A DNA stretch of 64,000 bases, taken from NCBI RefSeq assembly GCF_036321535.1, contig NC_087437.1:95296001-95360000 (forward strand). The letters are read 5' to 3'. Both the position numbers and the translations under genes were made by a program. Positions 13,161 through 26,804 of this stretch are shown here, in pieces. Source of the stretch: Camelus dromedarius. Its lineage: Eukaryota. The notes beneath the pieces were generated by a model. That model did no database searches. It was not told the origin of the DNA and saw only the letters and a list, made by a program, of their open reading frames with translations. Within the stretch, counting starts at the first letter, position 1. Every line of letters starts with the position of its first letter.

Positions 13161-14791
13161 CAGAATTGAAAATGTGCTTACAGAATAACATGTATCATAT
13201 GATTTTACTTTAGTAAAAGTGTGTATGTCCTTGCATATTTTATATCTATACATCTATTTATCTTGTCTGTATTGAGAGAGAGAGGGAAAAAAGAAAAAAA
13301 TGCTCACAAAGTACTGACAGTAGTTAACTTTTGGAACATTTTTTTTCATGTGACATTTATTCTTTTCTTTGTGTTATTCTGTTTGAAAATTTAGGTACAT
13401 GTATATATATATGAAAACAATCAAATTATTATTAATATATCTTGTAACTGCCATAAGCCTTTATAGAAAGGCTTCATTGAGTAACAGACTAATTTTGTCT
13501 AAAAGAGCAGTTTGCATTCAACAAAAATCTTTTGAGTGACTACTATATGCAGGCATTTTTCTAGGCTTGAGGGATGGAGTCATGAACAATGCAGAAAAAA
13601 GTCCCTGGATGGTTTTTATGATGACACCCAGAGAATCATGATCTTTTTTTTAATAAAATGGCTGAAAAAATACCAAATTCTAAAGACACAAAAATGAATA
13701 CTGCTCTATTAATATTTGGTTTTGTCCTATAATATAAGGACTTGGTCAAAATATCTAGTTTGGATGTCTGGGTTGAAATAAAGTAATTTAGGTATTCCAA
13801 ACCAGTGGGACCCCACCTTTATAAAGCAGTAGTTTCAATAAACTCCTAGTGTAAGATGAAAAAAATTCTATTTGAATGGTTTCTTCCTTCTTTCTTTTCT
13901 TTCTTTTTATATTTCTTTCTTTCCTCCTTTGTTTAATTTGTACACTGTACGGAATAACTGTGAGGTCAAAACCTCCATGAATAAACATTCTGGAAGTTAT
14001 CCCTGACAAAACCTTTCTGAGGTTCAGAGCATTATAGATATGCATGGGTAATTGAACTCCACTCCCCACCAAAAGCATATTAAGTAAAGATAGCTCAGTA
14101 TCCGCATCCCAATTCATGGTTAACTTCAGCCTACTTGTTGTACTGGAAGTCTGCTTACATTTGTAATTAATTCTTCTTCAAATAATTAAGTGTACCCGAA
14201 TGACTTTCCAGATGATTTAGTGGGATCTGTTCAGTGTCAGCCTTCTAAGTCCGCAAGCAACTGCTTGAACATCAGTAACACCTTTGATTATTTTTTAGGA
14301 CATGTCAGGTTCTGCAATGTTTTGAAAATTATTCCTTTAAAGCAACTCTGGCAAATTAACTCATTGGAGACATTTTTATTTCCACATCTTCTAATTCTAA
14401 AATATGCTTCCTTGAAATTACTTATAGCTAAAATGTATTTACATGTTAATTATAATCATATGGTATTAAGAATTTCCTTTTCCTTTTTTCCACTTGCTAA
14501 CCAAATTGTTCATGCATTTTTTTTGGTTTTCATTTAATTAAATAATATGAAAGAACTTGGTCGGTTTGGAAACACAAATTTCTAGTCATACAGAATATAA
14601 TAACTTTACAAGAAATTTAGGTAAGTGAAAATGTCTTGCCTCTTTTATTTTGTTCCTTTGGAATAAATTTTGTTTAAAGTTATTCCCTATAAATATAGCA
14701 AAACGATACATCAACTCTTTGATATAATTATGCTTTGCTGGCATGCTGAGAAAGTAGATTTCACTTATGAAGATCTCTTAAAAATTGCTAA

Positions 14792-14968
<177 letters not shown>

Positions 14969-15280
14969 TGATCTGCTTGCTGCAGAGCTCATCTCCTGTT
15001 ATTATTTAGTATCTTTATACAAGGGAGAAAGAAATGACCTGTTCTAGAAGATGATAAGCCAATATTTTGGGGGATGGGAAAAAGCGAGGAAGAATCAGTA
15101 AATCAGTCTGAGATAAAATAGCCAAGACATGGGAAGAAAATTAGGAGGAAACACCAAACCTAGGTAGGTAGGGAACTCTGTGGAATAATTTTCTAAATAG
15201 TATTTTAAATTATAAATCTGCTCCTCCTGGACATCTAAAATGGTTCTTGGTTTGCTCATCTTCATTTTTTCTTGAGATGA

Positions 15281-15574
<294 letters not shown>

Positions 15575-15975
15575 TAGAATCAGAAGGTGCCTGTGGTTTC
15601 TCTGAGAGTTTCCGATGAGAACTGCACATTCATGACCCTGGCCTGCCCAGGTAATCCTTGTAAAATGTGATATTCCTTAAGCAGTTTTCTCTTTGTTCAA
15701 CCAGACTGCAGTTTATACCGATTTCCAGGATGGGAGTCAGTGGGGAAGGGAAGGAAGGCACAGCATGAGAGACGTAACTGTGAACCAGTTAAAAAGCAGG
15801 CTTCCTTTTCTTTAGCTACAACATCACCAGGGAATGTTAGAAAAGGTCAGAGTTTCTTGACATCTGTCAAACCCTTAAATTGGCTAGGAGCAGAGAGAGA
15901 CACTTGCAGCCTTGGGGAATGCGGGAATGAAATGAGACTTCCAGGTACTGTCTTTAGGCTGTCTTCTCTCACGTG

Positions 15976-16950
15976 TCCATTCATTCAGCAAATGTACCTT
16001 GAGTCCCTGCTAGGTTTAGGGGATAGAACAGTGGTTCACACACAGCTTCTGCTGTCAAGAAGCTCACAAAAGAAGGCATGAATGGATAGATGCAGAATAA
16101 CACAGCAAACCTTTCTGTTGCATTGAGGTAGACCTGCGGAGCGGAAAATCAGGAGAGAGTTCTCAAAGGAGAGCAATAGATTAGTAATGTCTTGAAAAGT
16201 GTGCATCAGCTTGATAAGCGAGAAAGAGGAGAAGAGTATTCCAGGAAAAGAGACATCACAACACAGACACAAATCTCAGAAAGGCCACATGTTTTGCACG
16301 GTGGAACGTTAGCATGGTAGCACATAAAGCATGTGGCAAGAAGTTATGAGAGATCAGTCTGGAGATACTAAGCCCAAATTAACAGGGTTTCGTGTAATGG
16401 ATTAAAGAATTTTGAATCAAATGGCATGCACATTGTTGAGCCAAGAAGGATTGCTATGAATAGGACTGCTCTTTAGAGAAAATAATTCTTGTAGCACTAT
16501 GGATACTACACTAATGTGGCAGGGAGGCTGGTGGCTGGGTCAACATTGTTGTTATCCAGTTAAGAGATGTGAATTGCCTGAACTGGGAGATGAGATGGAA
16601 CTGGGAGAGGGGTGCACCAGGGATAGAAAGTTCTGAGTCCAAATGATGAACTGGACGATTTGTTATATATAGGGAGCTGGTGAAGGAGGATGGGTGGGTT
16701 GTGTTAGGGGAAGGAGCTGTTTCATGTGATAGGATAAGAAAGGAAATTGTATCTAACATATTAAATATTAGGTGCCTGTGGGATAGGATACCTAATTATT
16801 AGTCAGGATAATGAATTTGGGGCTTAAATGAAATAGGGGCTAGAAATGTTTGTGTTGTTGATCAGTATATAAGCTATAGTAGATAATATGACTCAGGGAT
16901 ATTATGTAGAGTGAAAAGAGCATTAAAGTGAAACTTCAAGGGAAAACCAA
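15976..16950 (-). mobile_element. LINE L2 fragment
   Basis: Begins cattcattcagcaaatgtaccttgagtccctgct (reverse L2 tail), followed by a purine-rich L2-like body. Confidence 0.65.
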
Positions 16951-17431
16951 CATTGAAAAAGAAGGAAGATGAGGGAAGGCAAGAACGAGACTGTCTGGGT
17001 TCATATATTAACTCCACCATTAAACTAGCTGAAGACCGAAGCCAGGTTACCTTCCCTGCCTATGCCTCAATTTTCTCATCTGAAAAATGGAGGTGAGCAT
17101 TATACTTTGTAACTTGTTATAAGAATTTTGAAACCTAAAAAACAAACAAACACTTAAAGTCTGACATACAAGAATGTATCTTAGTGGTTACTCTCTTTCC
17201 ATTTTACTGCGAGTACAGGAACTTGAGGACATAAATGAATGTGTCTACTTTTTCCAAAAATATCCTTTGAGGAAGTAGTTTAATATTTTAGCCCACATGC
17301 ATATTTAAAAAAAACTCTTTTCTATCTGCACCCTTACTTGGAGGAATGCCGCATTATTTATCTTTTGCTGTAAATTTGTGACGACAGTGTTGCATGTGAT
17401 TTGATGTTTAAATGCGTCATATTTGTAATAA

Positions 17432-17668
<237 letters not shown>

Positions 17669-18074
17669 TGATATTTGAAAATATGATTTACTAGAGTAGT
17701 CTATATTAAATATAGACTTTAAATAGTGCTGTAAATATTTTATTTCAAACACATTTAAAGGAAATTATTGTTTTACCTGCTGGAGCTCTGTAAGTGTTTG
17801 TTACAGGAAATTGAATTTGGTTTTCAAAATTATGAGAGTTTTGTCTTGGTCAAGTAGAGGGGGAGAACATGCTTTAATCTCTGGGTCTTCAAACACCGAA
17901 CTTTAATTAAATGACAGCTATTGGCGTGGAAACTTTGTCTTTAAATGAAAATAAATCTACCCTTCCTTCAGATCATGCACTTTCAAAGGTCTATGCAATT
18001 CAAAAATGAGAAGATTCTGCTCCCTTCTAGACTGTAAGATCCATCCGTAGAGTAGGGCCTTTTGCAGTCTTTTC

Positions 18075-18132
18075 CTGTGCACAGCGCCTGACGTAACGGC
18101 TGCTCAATAAATATTTGTTGAATGGGTGAATT
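18075..18132 (+). mobile_element. L2 3' tail
   Basis: gcacagcgcctgac...gctcaataaatatttgttgaatgggtgaat. Confidence 0.7.
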
Positions 18133-20322
18133 GCATTTGTACTTCACTAATTCTGGTAAAGGTTGATTATTTGGTGTTTGGTGAGCCAAAATGGATGCCA
18201 CATTGTACGGCTGCATGTTTTTGAGTGTCAAAGGCACGTTTTAAAACTGATGCACAGAAATGGTTCTGTCACGTCCTTTGTATCCATACTTCATATGTTT
18301 TTCATTCTCATAATCTCTTTGCTCCTTTTCCCGCGATGTCACACTGGTTATTTCTCACTATGTCTCATCTGAGAACTTTCTCTCTCTCTTTTTTTTTTCC
18401 TTTTTAGGGACAAATTGTTTACTGTGGAATCTGAGAGACAATGATCTTTAAAGAACTTTTTTTTTTTTTTTTTTTTTTGGTGAAAAAAAATTCCCTATTT
18501 TGACACGTATACAGAGTAAATAGGGATTTTGGCCATAAACTACTTAGCTTGTTTCCGAGGATGACATTAGCAACACTTGCTCTGTCATCTTTTCTGAACA
18601 CTGTCTCCTCTAAGGCTATTATGAAGGAAAAGGTGGCTTTTGAAGGAGTGCTTCTACTGTGGGCTTTCTACAAAAGAGCCTTGTGGGCTTTTTACAGTAG
18701 GAAAAAAAAGAATAAAGAATATTTCCTTCCTGTCTCTAAAGCCATTATGTCCCACTTTGGGGTTTTTAGCTCAACCTCATAAAAACAAAAGAAAAAAAAA
18801 GAAAAGATCAAGAACAAACATTGAATTTCTAAGGCCTAGGCTACTTCTCTTTAATCTAACTTAGACTAAAACGGTAAGAAAAGAAAACCCCTTTACATTT
18901 GTGGAAAGCATAAATTTAAGAGATGTAAAGTCTAAGTTCAAAAGCCCTCCAGAGGGAGTGAAAGTAGCCCAGGATGAATACAAGACATGAAAAGGTGTGT
19001 CTATCTCCAGGCAATTGTGACAGGGGGGTTGAGTGTCAATCACATTAGTCAGAGAGATGGTTTACTTTATGTAAAGTCCTTTGCCTCGGGAGTCAGATGC
19101 TTTTATAAATAATAGCCATTCTGCTGTGTCTACAGTAGATATTGAAATCAAAATAGAATTTCTTCCTGCAATTTTATACTCAGTTCCGAAGTTAATTCAG
19201 TCTTAAATTTTCCGTGTGCAATTCTTGCTGCTAAGCCTGGATTTCAGTGAACATTGGGTACAAATGATCAAATCCAGAAACTGCTTAAGAAATTTAGAAG
19301 TTCTTATTTCAACTGCATTGGATTTTCTGTAAACTTATGAAAGATTTGTATATTGTTGAAGTTATTATTTTATTCAAATATTAAAATAAAATATGCATAT
19401 TAACATCTGTTAAAATACCTTTAACATGCTAGAATAATACATACAATGTGTCAAAGAAAGTAACATGATTCCCCAACAGCAAAAGATGACTAAGAAAAAA
19501 AACAAAGGAAACCTTTCAAAGGAAACTTGAGAAGTTATATATTTTTTTCTTCATTTAGGATTGAATGTAGGAAAGTACTAGTTACTACAAAGGAAACTAA
19601 TCAGAAATGTATCCATCTGATAGCAGGAAACAATTGTAAGAAATGCAGTAGTGTAGTTGTTTTTGATTTCTATATTTTATTTGTGGTTCATTTTTAAAAG
19701 GCACTTTTGGAGTCAGAATGGGCTTAAAAATAATCTTCCTTTTCCTCACTCCTCATGCCATAAATATTTAATTTTGAGACTTGAGGCTGGGCAACAAAAC
19801 CTTATGCTCAGGTAGAAGTTACAGGAAAAAAACTTCCTTAAATGAGGGTGACCATTTGATTTTCACCCCCAGGACAGATATGATTAGTTCCAACATTTCA
19901 AAAATAACCCTGACTTGAGAATTGCTTCCCTTTTTTCCACCTTTTTTTTTTTTTTTTTTTTTTTTTGGAAATCCAAATTCTGGTCTTTTGGAGACTCTAC
20001 CTGTATCTATACCCTTAAATATTCCTTTTTCAACTCGTGATTTCTTTGGTTTTTCTACTTGTGTGCTCTTCACAGTGTTTAGCATGGTACTGGGCATCTT
20101 GGAGACTTGCTATAATTTGAAATATGCATTTGAACTCCAACCTTCTGCTTGAGTGGTACAAATATCACTGGGGTGTCCCAGGGGAAATTCAGGCAGCTTC
20201 TGGTGACTTTGATCCTGAGTGCCAATAGTAGGTTCCATTGGATCAAATTTGAAGAGATTGCTATCTATGATGGCTGCCTGGTGGTCTGTGTTTGAAAGGG
20301 AGCAGAGTAAAAACTAGGGCTA

Positions 20323-20470
20323 GACAGAGTTTCCTAAACTTATCTGAAGCTTGTTAAAATACACAGATTATCAGGCATGCCCCTGGAGAAGCTAATTTAG
20401 GAGATCTGGGTTGAGGCACAGACATTTGTTTTTATTTTTGTTTTCAAGCAACTTCATCAATCCTTGGAAC
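20323..20470. mobile_element. MER5-family DNA transposon fragment
   Basis: gcttgttaaaatacacagattatcaggc ... gatctgggttgaggcacagacatttg. Confidence 0.5.
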
Positions 20471-20569
20471 AAGAACTTATCTAATGAGCTGGCAGAAAGA
20501 ATAAAGGGCTTTGAAAAATGTCTCTATGCTTGTGAGTTACCAGAGAGGAAGAAATGTGTTACAAAGAAT

Positions 20570-20810
20570 TGTGTAGCTAAGAATGTAAATGCTGGAGTCA
20601 GACAGAATGTAGTTGAATCCTATTTCTGTCATTTACCACCTGTGTGACCTAGTAAAGTTTATTTAAATGTTGTGAGTCTCAGTTGTTCCATGTGTAAAAT
20701 GGGTACAGTAATACCAATCTCATAGCATTTTTGTTAGGATTAAATTAAATTATATATGTATAATGCTTAACATACTGTCTGTTACAGAGTACTTTATAAA
20801 TAAGGAGCAT
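20570..20810 (+). mobile_element. MIR SINE
   Basis: ctggagtcagacag...tgtgtgacctag...gtctcagttgttccatgtgtaaaatgggtacagtaata...aggattaaatt. Confidence 0.75.
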
Positions 20811-23779
20811 TATACTCATATTAGTATCATTAATAGTGATAGCTTTATTGTTTAATTTTAATAATTATTGATTGTTTCATAAGAAAATAGTTCAAATAAT
20901 TCTAGACAGGTGGTTCTTCCCCTGCTATAGTAAATGAGAAATCTGAAGTACTAATATGATTATGATAATTTATTATATAACAAATTATTAAAACTCTTCT
21001 CAAATATAAAACATTGCATTTAAAAATAAGACTTCATTGCCTTTTATAGTAAATGTATTGAATCTTCTTAGTGCCATCAAAGCTAGTGCTAGACTTAATG
21101 TTGAAGTTTTGCAAAATAACTAGAAAATTTCATGGAAATTACAACCACTTGGGAATAGAAATGATTCAAAAAAGGTTATATTTTATGTGCAATGGAATGT
21201 TACTGTTATGGAAAAACATTCAGCAGAGACTCAAAGGGTCTGTAGTAATTTGACCTATTGAAAAATAATTAATGTCCGTTACATGACCAATAAAAATTTT
21301 TTCTGCTTAACTCCCAGTTAACCAGAAAATTCAGTTAACCTGAGCTTGATAGTCTGTCATTTTCTGGGATAATCAAAAGTTTATTAGCTATAAATTTAAA
21401 CCATCAATGTTGTCGTATTTATGCGTAATGTCTATCTGCCCCTTTTACCCGCCATCCTGTAATATTATCTATGTACCTCCTCAAGAATTCTCTCTGTCAA
21501 CCTAAAATACACAAACAAATTCAGGCATCTTTTAAAAGACACATTGTCTCAATGTTGATTTATTACATTGTTTTATTTGCATTTTAATGTCTCAACTCAA
21601 CAAGTGTTGGGATTGCTGTCTCTGTCATGTTAGGAACGAATTATCTGCTGAACTAGTGTTTCATATTGCATAATGGCCCCATCTTTTAAGGAAAAAGATA
21701 TATACTGTGGTATTTATAACCATTTTATACGTTGTGACATACCTATAAAATGTAAAGTCTAACCAGAACAAAATAGATGCAGAGAGGCACCCTGCCAGAT
21801 TTTTAAACAGTGTGCCATTGAAACTACTAAAATTTATGCCTCTCCTTGGTGTTCTGAGAAGGGTTGCAGGTTTGTTTTATATAATTTCACTACCTTAATC
21901 TAAACCAGTTACACCTTTATTAGATACTGACCAGGTGGGTCTTGAGGTTCTTCTTAGAATCATATGATAGCCAACTTAATTTTTTTTTACTTGTTTTTAT
22001 TTTTATACCAATTTATGGTTAATTTAAAAAATTAATTTTTTTTTCTTTGTCAAAGATAGCTTTTAAGGAAAACATGGTGGATGCAGCCTCAGAACACTTA
22101 AGAGAAAAATAAAGAAAGAAAAATAGTTTTACTTAACATACTATTAATAACTAAACCTTTAAAATTAGTAATTGTTGATTTGTGATGACAATCATGTCTA
22201 TAGCTTTTTAAATAATTCCATTTTTGAGACAAGCTCTCCTAGAAGAAATAAGATAAAGCCACCCAGAGTTTGTAAGCTCTGAATTTCTCCCATTTTCAAG
22301 TTTGTCCTCCGCCTCTAAGATTTCTTTTGATTCTTTGCTTCAGTGATACTCACTGCTTAAACAAGGCAAACTCCGTGGCCTTATTAATCTTTCCACTCCC
22401 TTTGCAACTTTACAGATAAAGCAGCTCTTATTACTGCGACAATCTCATTCACAAAGTAAATTTGTGACTCTCTATCACCAGAGTGATCGTGTTCCCATCG
22501 CTGTGTCTGTCACAGGAAACCGAACTGAAAACCAACTTCCATAGACCAGCCATTTCCCAAGCAATCACATGTTATCTCTGCAGAGTTGAGCCATTAAGAA
22601 AATCTAATCCCATTTTGTATGTGTTTCTTAGAGTAGGCACTAAAAGACATTTAGTCCTCCATTTCCCTTTAGCTCTGAGTGCTGGGCCAGTCAGACATAA
22701 GAAGCTGGACATTGAGTTCACACCCCACTGCACTCCTCCACAGCTCTCACAGGGACCAGTTATTCTTTGAAGCTTGCTTTCCTGCCCTTTCAGGAACAGC
22801 TCTGTTAAAAGAAAAGGCAGATGCCAAACATCTCTAAACCAGGTGATGCTCTGTTACCAGACAAATGGGATTTCTGTGAAATCCCAGCTCTTTTCTCAGA
22901 AGTGCTTGTCCATTTTTCTTCCCTTGATGTGAAATTACTCTATTCTCTCAATTTCATCACCTGTGTTTTTTATTTCTTAGTTCTAAAATATGGTATCACA
23001 AATGATCTGGCTATCTGTTTAAATTTATTGTTGGCCTACAGTAGGAATGTTCAAATGGATCATCAAAAGGATGTGCATTCTCTTCTGTTCCAAAGAACTG
23101 CTGTTTTGTCTGATGCTTCCCATAAGTATTATGCCTACTATGCATGATAAGGAGCAGAGTGCTTCCTCATTAGGATTGATTAGCCACTGACAGCCTCTGG
23201 AAGGCCCAGCCTTACAGTCTGAGATTGATGTGAGACCAAAGAGATACGAAGGCAGGAAAAAAGACCAGTGCCGTCTTTTGGCTGACTTAATTGCTACTGA
23301 TGGAATATTTCCTAAAGCTCCTCTTCTTGATGCTGGTGAACTGCATGCCTTAAAAAATAAATAAATAAAAAACCTTTGCTGAAATGCCATGGGCACTACA
23401 GTTGGTGACTGGCCCCTATTTAATATCCCAGTGAACTGGGAATTGAACAGTCATTTCCAGTAAAACAAGAAGCAACTGTCAGAGGTTTGTCTAAGCTGTT
23501 AAGTTTCTTCTAACCCAGGGTGTGAGTATTAATTCACAGGAAATAGTAGTGATGCTGTGACAATAGGAGCAGATGAGGCATAAGAAGCTGAATTCTTCCC
23601 TGTCCTCCATTTCGGTTGGTGGCAATGCAACCTGCGGAGAGACACTTGTAGACAGCTTGGGTGCTAGTGGAGTCATGCTTTACTCTTCCATTTCTCAAGT
23701 GTCAGTCACCTTAAATTCCTATTTATTTTTCCTTTTAAATACTTCTCAACTTTCAACATCGCTCTTATCATCTTACCAC

Positions 23780-24415
23780 TGCTTTATTATCTCTTGAGCA
23801 ATGAAACTGTTCATCTCTAACCAGTTTCCTTGCCTCCATCTTGTGCCTTAGAATCCTTCCTCCACACAGCAGGTACATTGACCTGTAACACAAATCTAGT
23901 TATCTGAGTTCCATTCATAAACATTGTCATGCTTCCCATCTCTCCAGGATATGACCCAGAATACCTAAATAGTGCCCTGCCTGGTGACCTAGTCTGCTCT
24001 TGCTGCTCCCTTCGATGTAGTAACGCTATATTGTTTTATATATTTCTTCATCTAAATACCACCACGTAGCTTACCTCTGGGCTTTTCTTTATGCTAGTTC
24101 TTTGGTCTAAAATGTCCTGCCCTCCAGTGACCCATCTTTTTCCAATGACTCTTATCCTTGGACCCGACTCAGGTAGGCATCTTCCAGGAAGATGGACTTT
24201 GCAGACAGTCCTCACCCCAATGTCAGGTTAGGGATGCCCACCCATGGACCCAGTGGATGCTGTTGCCCCCCTTATTGAACTTCAAGGTCTTCCCCGCTTG
24301 ACTGTGAGTTCCTTACAGGCACGCTTTATTTACTTTGCCTTCTTAGTCTCATTGCTTACAGCAGGCTTAGGAGCATCCTTGGTGCTCATGTAACATTTTC
24401 TGTCTGAGTGAATCA
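23780..24415 (+). mobile_element. LINE L2 fragment
   Basis: ccttcctccacacagcagg...catcttccaggaag...gactgtgagttccttacaggc...tgagtgaat. Confidence 0.6.
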
Positions 24416-24944
24416 AGGGCTGCCCAACACAGACCAGCTGTGGGATTCTGGGCAAGTCACTTGATTTCTCTGAGTTTCATCTCAGAGATGTTGAAAAAAC
24501 TGAATGTACAAGGACTATAAACATCAGTGAACTGATAGGAAATAAAATACTTAACAAAATAATTATAGTGTCATAAAAGTGGCTTGTGGATTATGAAGTG
24601 CTTATGCAAAAGTAATTGTTGTTATGATTCATTTTTCCATCAGCTTCTTCCAAAACAACTATCCCATTAGAGTCCCAGTAATATTTATTTTGACCATAGA
24701 GATTTGAAGTTTGGGGTAGCTGATTAATGGAGAGTTTGATCATTGTTGAACATTTCTGCACTTGTAATTTTCTGAGCCCCCTTGATATCGAGGCCTGTCT
24801 GTCAAAATTAGTCCTCAGTATTTCTTTGAAAAGTGTATTAGGGAGACTTTTTTTTTTTTTTTTTTTGCTGCTGCTTTAGGAACCATTCTTTTGGGCAGGA
24901 CTAATAGCTCAGTCTTTTCTGACAGACACGCATGGATTCAGTGT

Positions 24945-25100
24945 GAATGTACAAGACATAAAATCTCTTGATTCTCAGTTTTCTCATTAGTCAAATGGGA
25001 ATGAAAATGTCACCCTTATAGGACTGTTGTGGGGATTAAATTAACTATAAATATGGAATGCTTAGCACGTTGTGTGAAGCATTTAAATGCTCAGTAAAAG
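24945..25100 (+). mobile_element. MIR SINE fragment
   Basis: ctcagttttctcattagtcaaatgggaatga...ataggactgttgtggggattaaatt...gcttagcac. Confidence 0.7.
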
Positions 25101-26695
25101 TAGAAGCAATAAAGGTGATATGAAGAAGGACGAGGAAGAGAAGTGGGTCACTTCAGTGATGTGTCTTCATAGGTGCCAGAATCGGGACTTCTGTAGCTTT
25201 AGCACTCTTAGCTGCCTATCTCTGGCTGTGTAGAAAGATTAAGATCAGAGTCATGTGTGTATCTCCCATGAAACTCTACAGAGGCACATGATAAATACTT
25301 TTCCATAAACAATGGCTGCAAAGGCTTCTGTAATTGTTGTTTAAAAATGTCAATTTTTATTCTAGTTGCTTCAGGAAACAGAAAATAAGTGAAATGTAAC
25401 ACAAAATTCTGCATTTAGTTAAAAATACTTTTTTTTCACTATGTATATCTGATATGCATTTGAGACCCAAATAATCAATTTTCTAAATTAATTAGATTCA
25501 TAATTAACATGATTCCCTTTGATCTTTAAACATAATGTTTATCCCTTCTGGTATGTTCAATGCTGCTAAATTTCCTGATAAAATGAAAAAGATTGAATCC
25601 CTTCACTGTTCCTTCCATAAACATTATCTATATATTGGAACAATTTAATTAACTGGAGATAAAAATAATTCGGAGAGACGGTCCCCAGTAATAACTTCCA
25701 TATAACTTAAAACTTCAGTAATCTTGAAAATGAATTGGAAGGCATAATCCATTAAAAGAAATGTGCTTTTGTGCATCTGACCATGTTCTAAGATGTGAAA
25801 TAGCAACTTTGAGGAAAAGCAAAACACATGTGAATCTCACCCAATGTACCATGTTGGGTGCCTGTGTGGCTTTTTTTTTTTTTTTAATGGACCACTATAT
25901 AATTATTTCAGAATGTAAAATTGAAACTTAGGTAAAAGTAAAACAATATAGCTTACTGTGGATTTTATTGCCAGTAGTAAAGGATAAACTTTAATAAACC
26001 TGCATTCAAAAACAAACTCTGGGGGACAGGGGGCCTATTTTATAAATTTGTGGTTCCCATTAACAGGCTTCACCATGTTTAGCTTTCTATCAGCATGAGA
26101 TCTGATACAGTGTAAGAATCATATGATTTTTTTAGAGCTCATATAATTTCTAGATGTAAAAGAAGTAATGAGAGACAAAATTGGATGCTTCAGTTCTGAA
26201 TTTCCTTTCTATGATGCAGATTTCATTCAGATCATTTGTTGGAACAGTTTGCTTACATTGCTGATTTCAGAAAAGCTGGCAGTATAATAATACATTGTTT
26301 CTGACCAGTAATGTAGTTATTTGAGTCAAAGCCAAAACTAATAGTGTCCAGAGGCCTTTTTGCAGGTTCAAGTCAGGTTTACTATAATCCAAGATTGTAG
26401 TTAAGAACCGTGAGTTCAACATTTTGATGAAACACATAGTATAAGGCTCCCAAAGCTTTACTTGATGACTTTAAGAACGTTGATATGTGTTTGACATGTT
26501 TGTCACACTCTGACAAGGTATGGCAGACTGGTTCTTTGGGGAATGGTTCTTCTGACATATGGCAGTAATCCACAGAGGCGCAGGAGAGTCAGTGGTACTA
26601 AGTAAACAGTGCTTCAGGGATTGGGATACACACACACACACACAACATTATACATATATATTTCCCACCTCCTGTGTGTATGTATCGCTACTCTT

Positions 26696-26804
26696 TTTTT
26701 TTAAATTTAAGTACAGTCAGTTACAATGTGTTGATTTCTGGTGTACAGCACAATGTCCCAGTCATGCATATACATAATGTTCCTTTTCATATTCTTTTTC
26801 ATTG
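26696..26804 (-). mobile_element. L1 3'-terminal fragment (about 109 bp) with TSD
   Basis: Same L1 tail as 1622-1728; TSD atgtatcgctactctt (26680-26695) and atgtattcctactctt (26805-26820). Confidence 0.8.

Noticed and set aside
832..14537. Many 60-115 aa ORFs in the ORF track (and similar ones throughout the window)
   Set aside because: Short, compositionally biased, often non-ATG starts, overlapping repeats or low-complexity DNA; no recognisable domains; expected by chance
14610..14627. Strong orphan donor tag|gtaagt 210 nt before the Ig2 exon
   Set aside because: No convincing upstream acceptor or pyrimidine tract for an exon or recursive site
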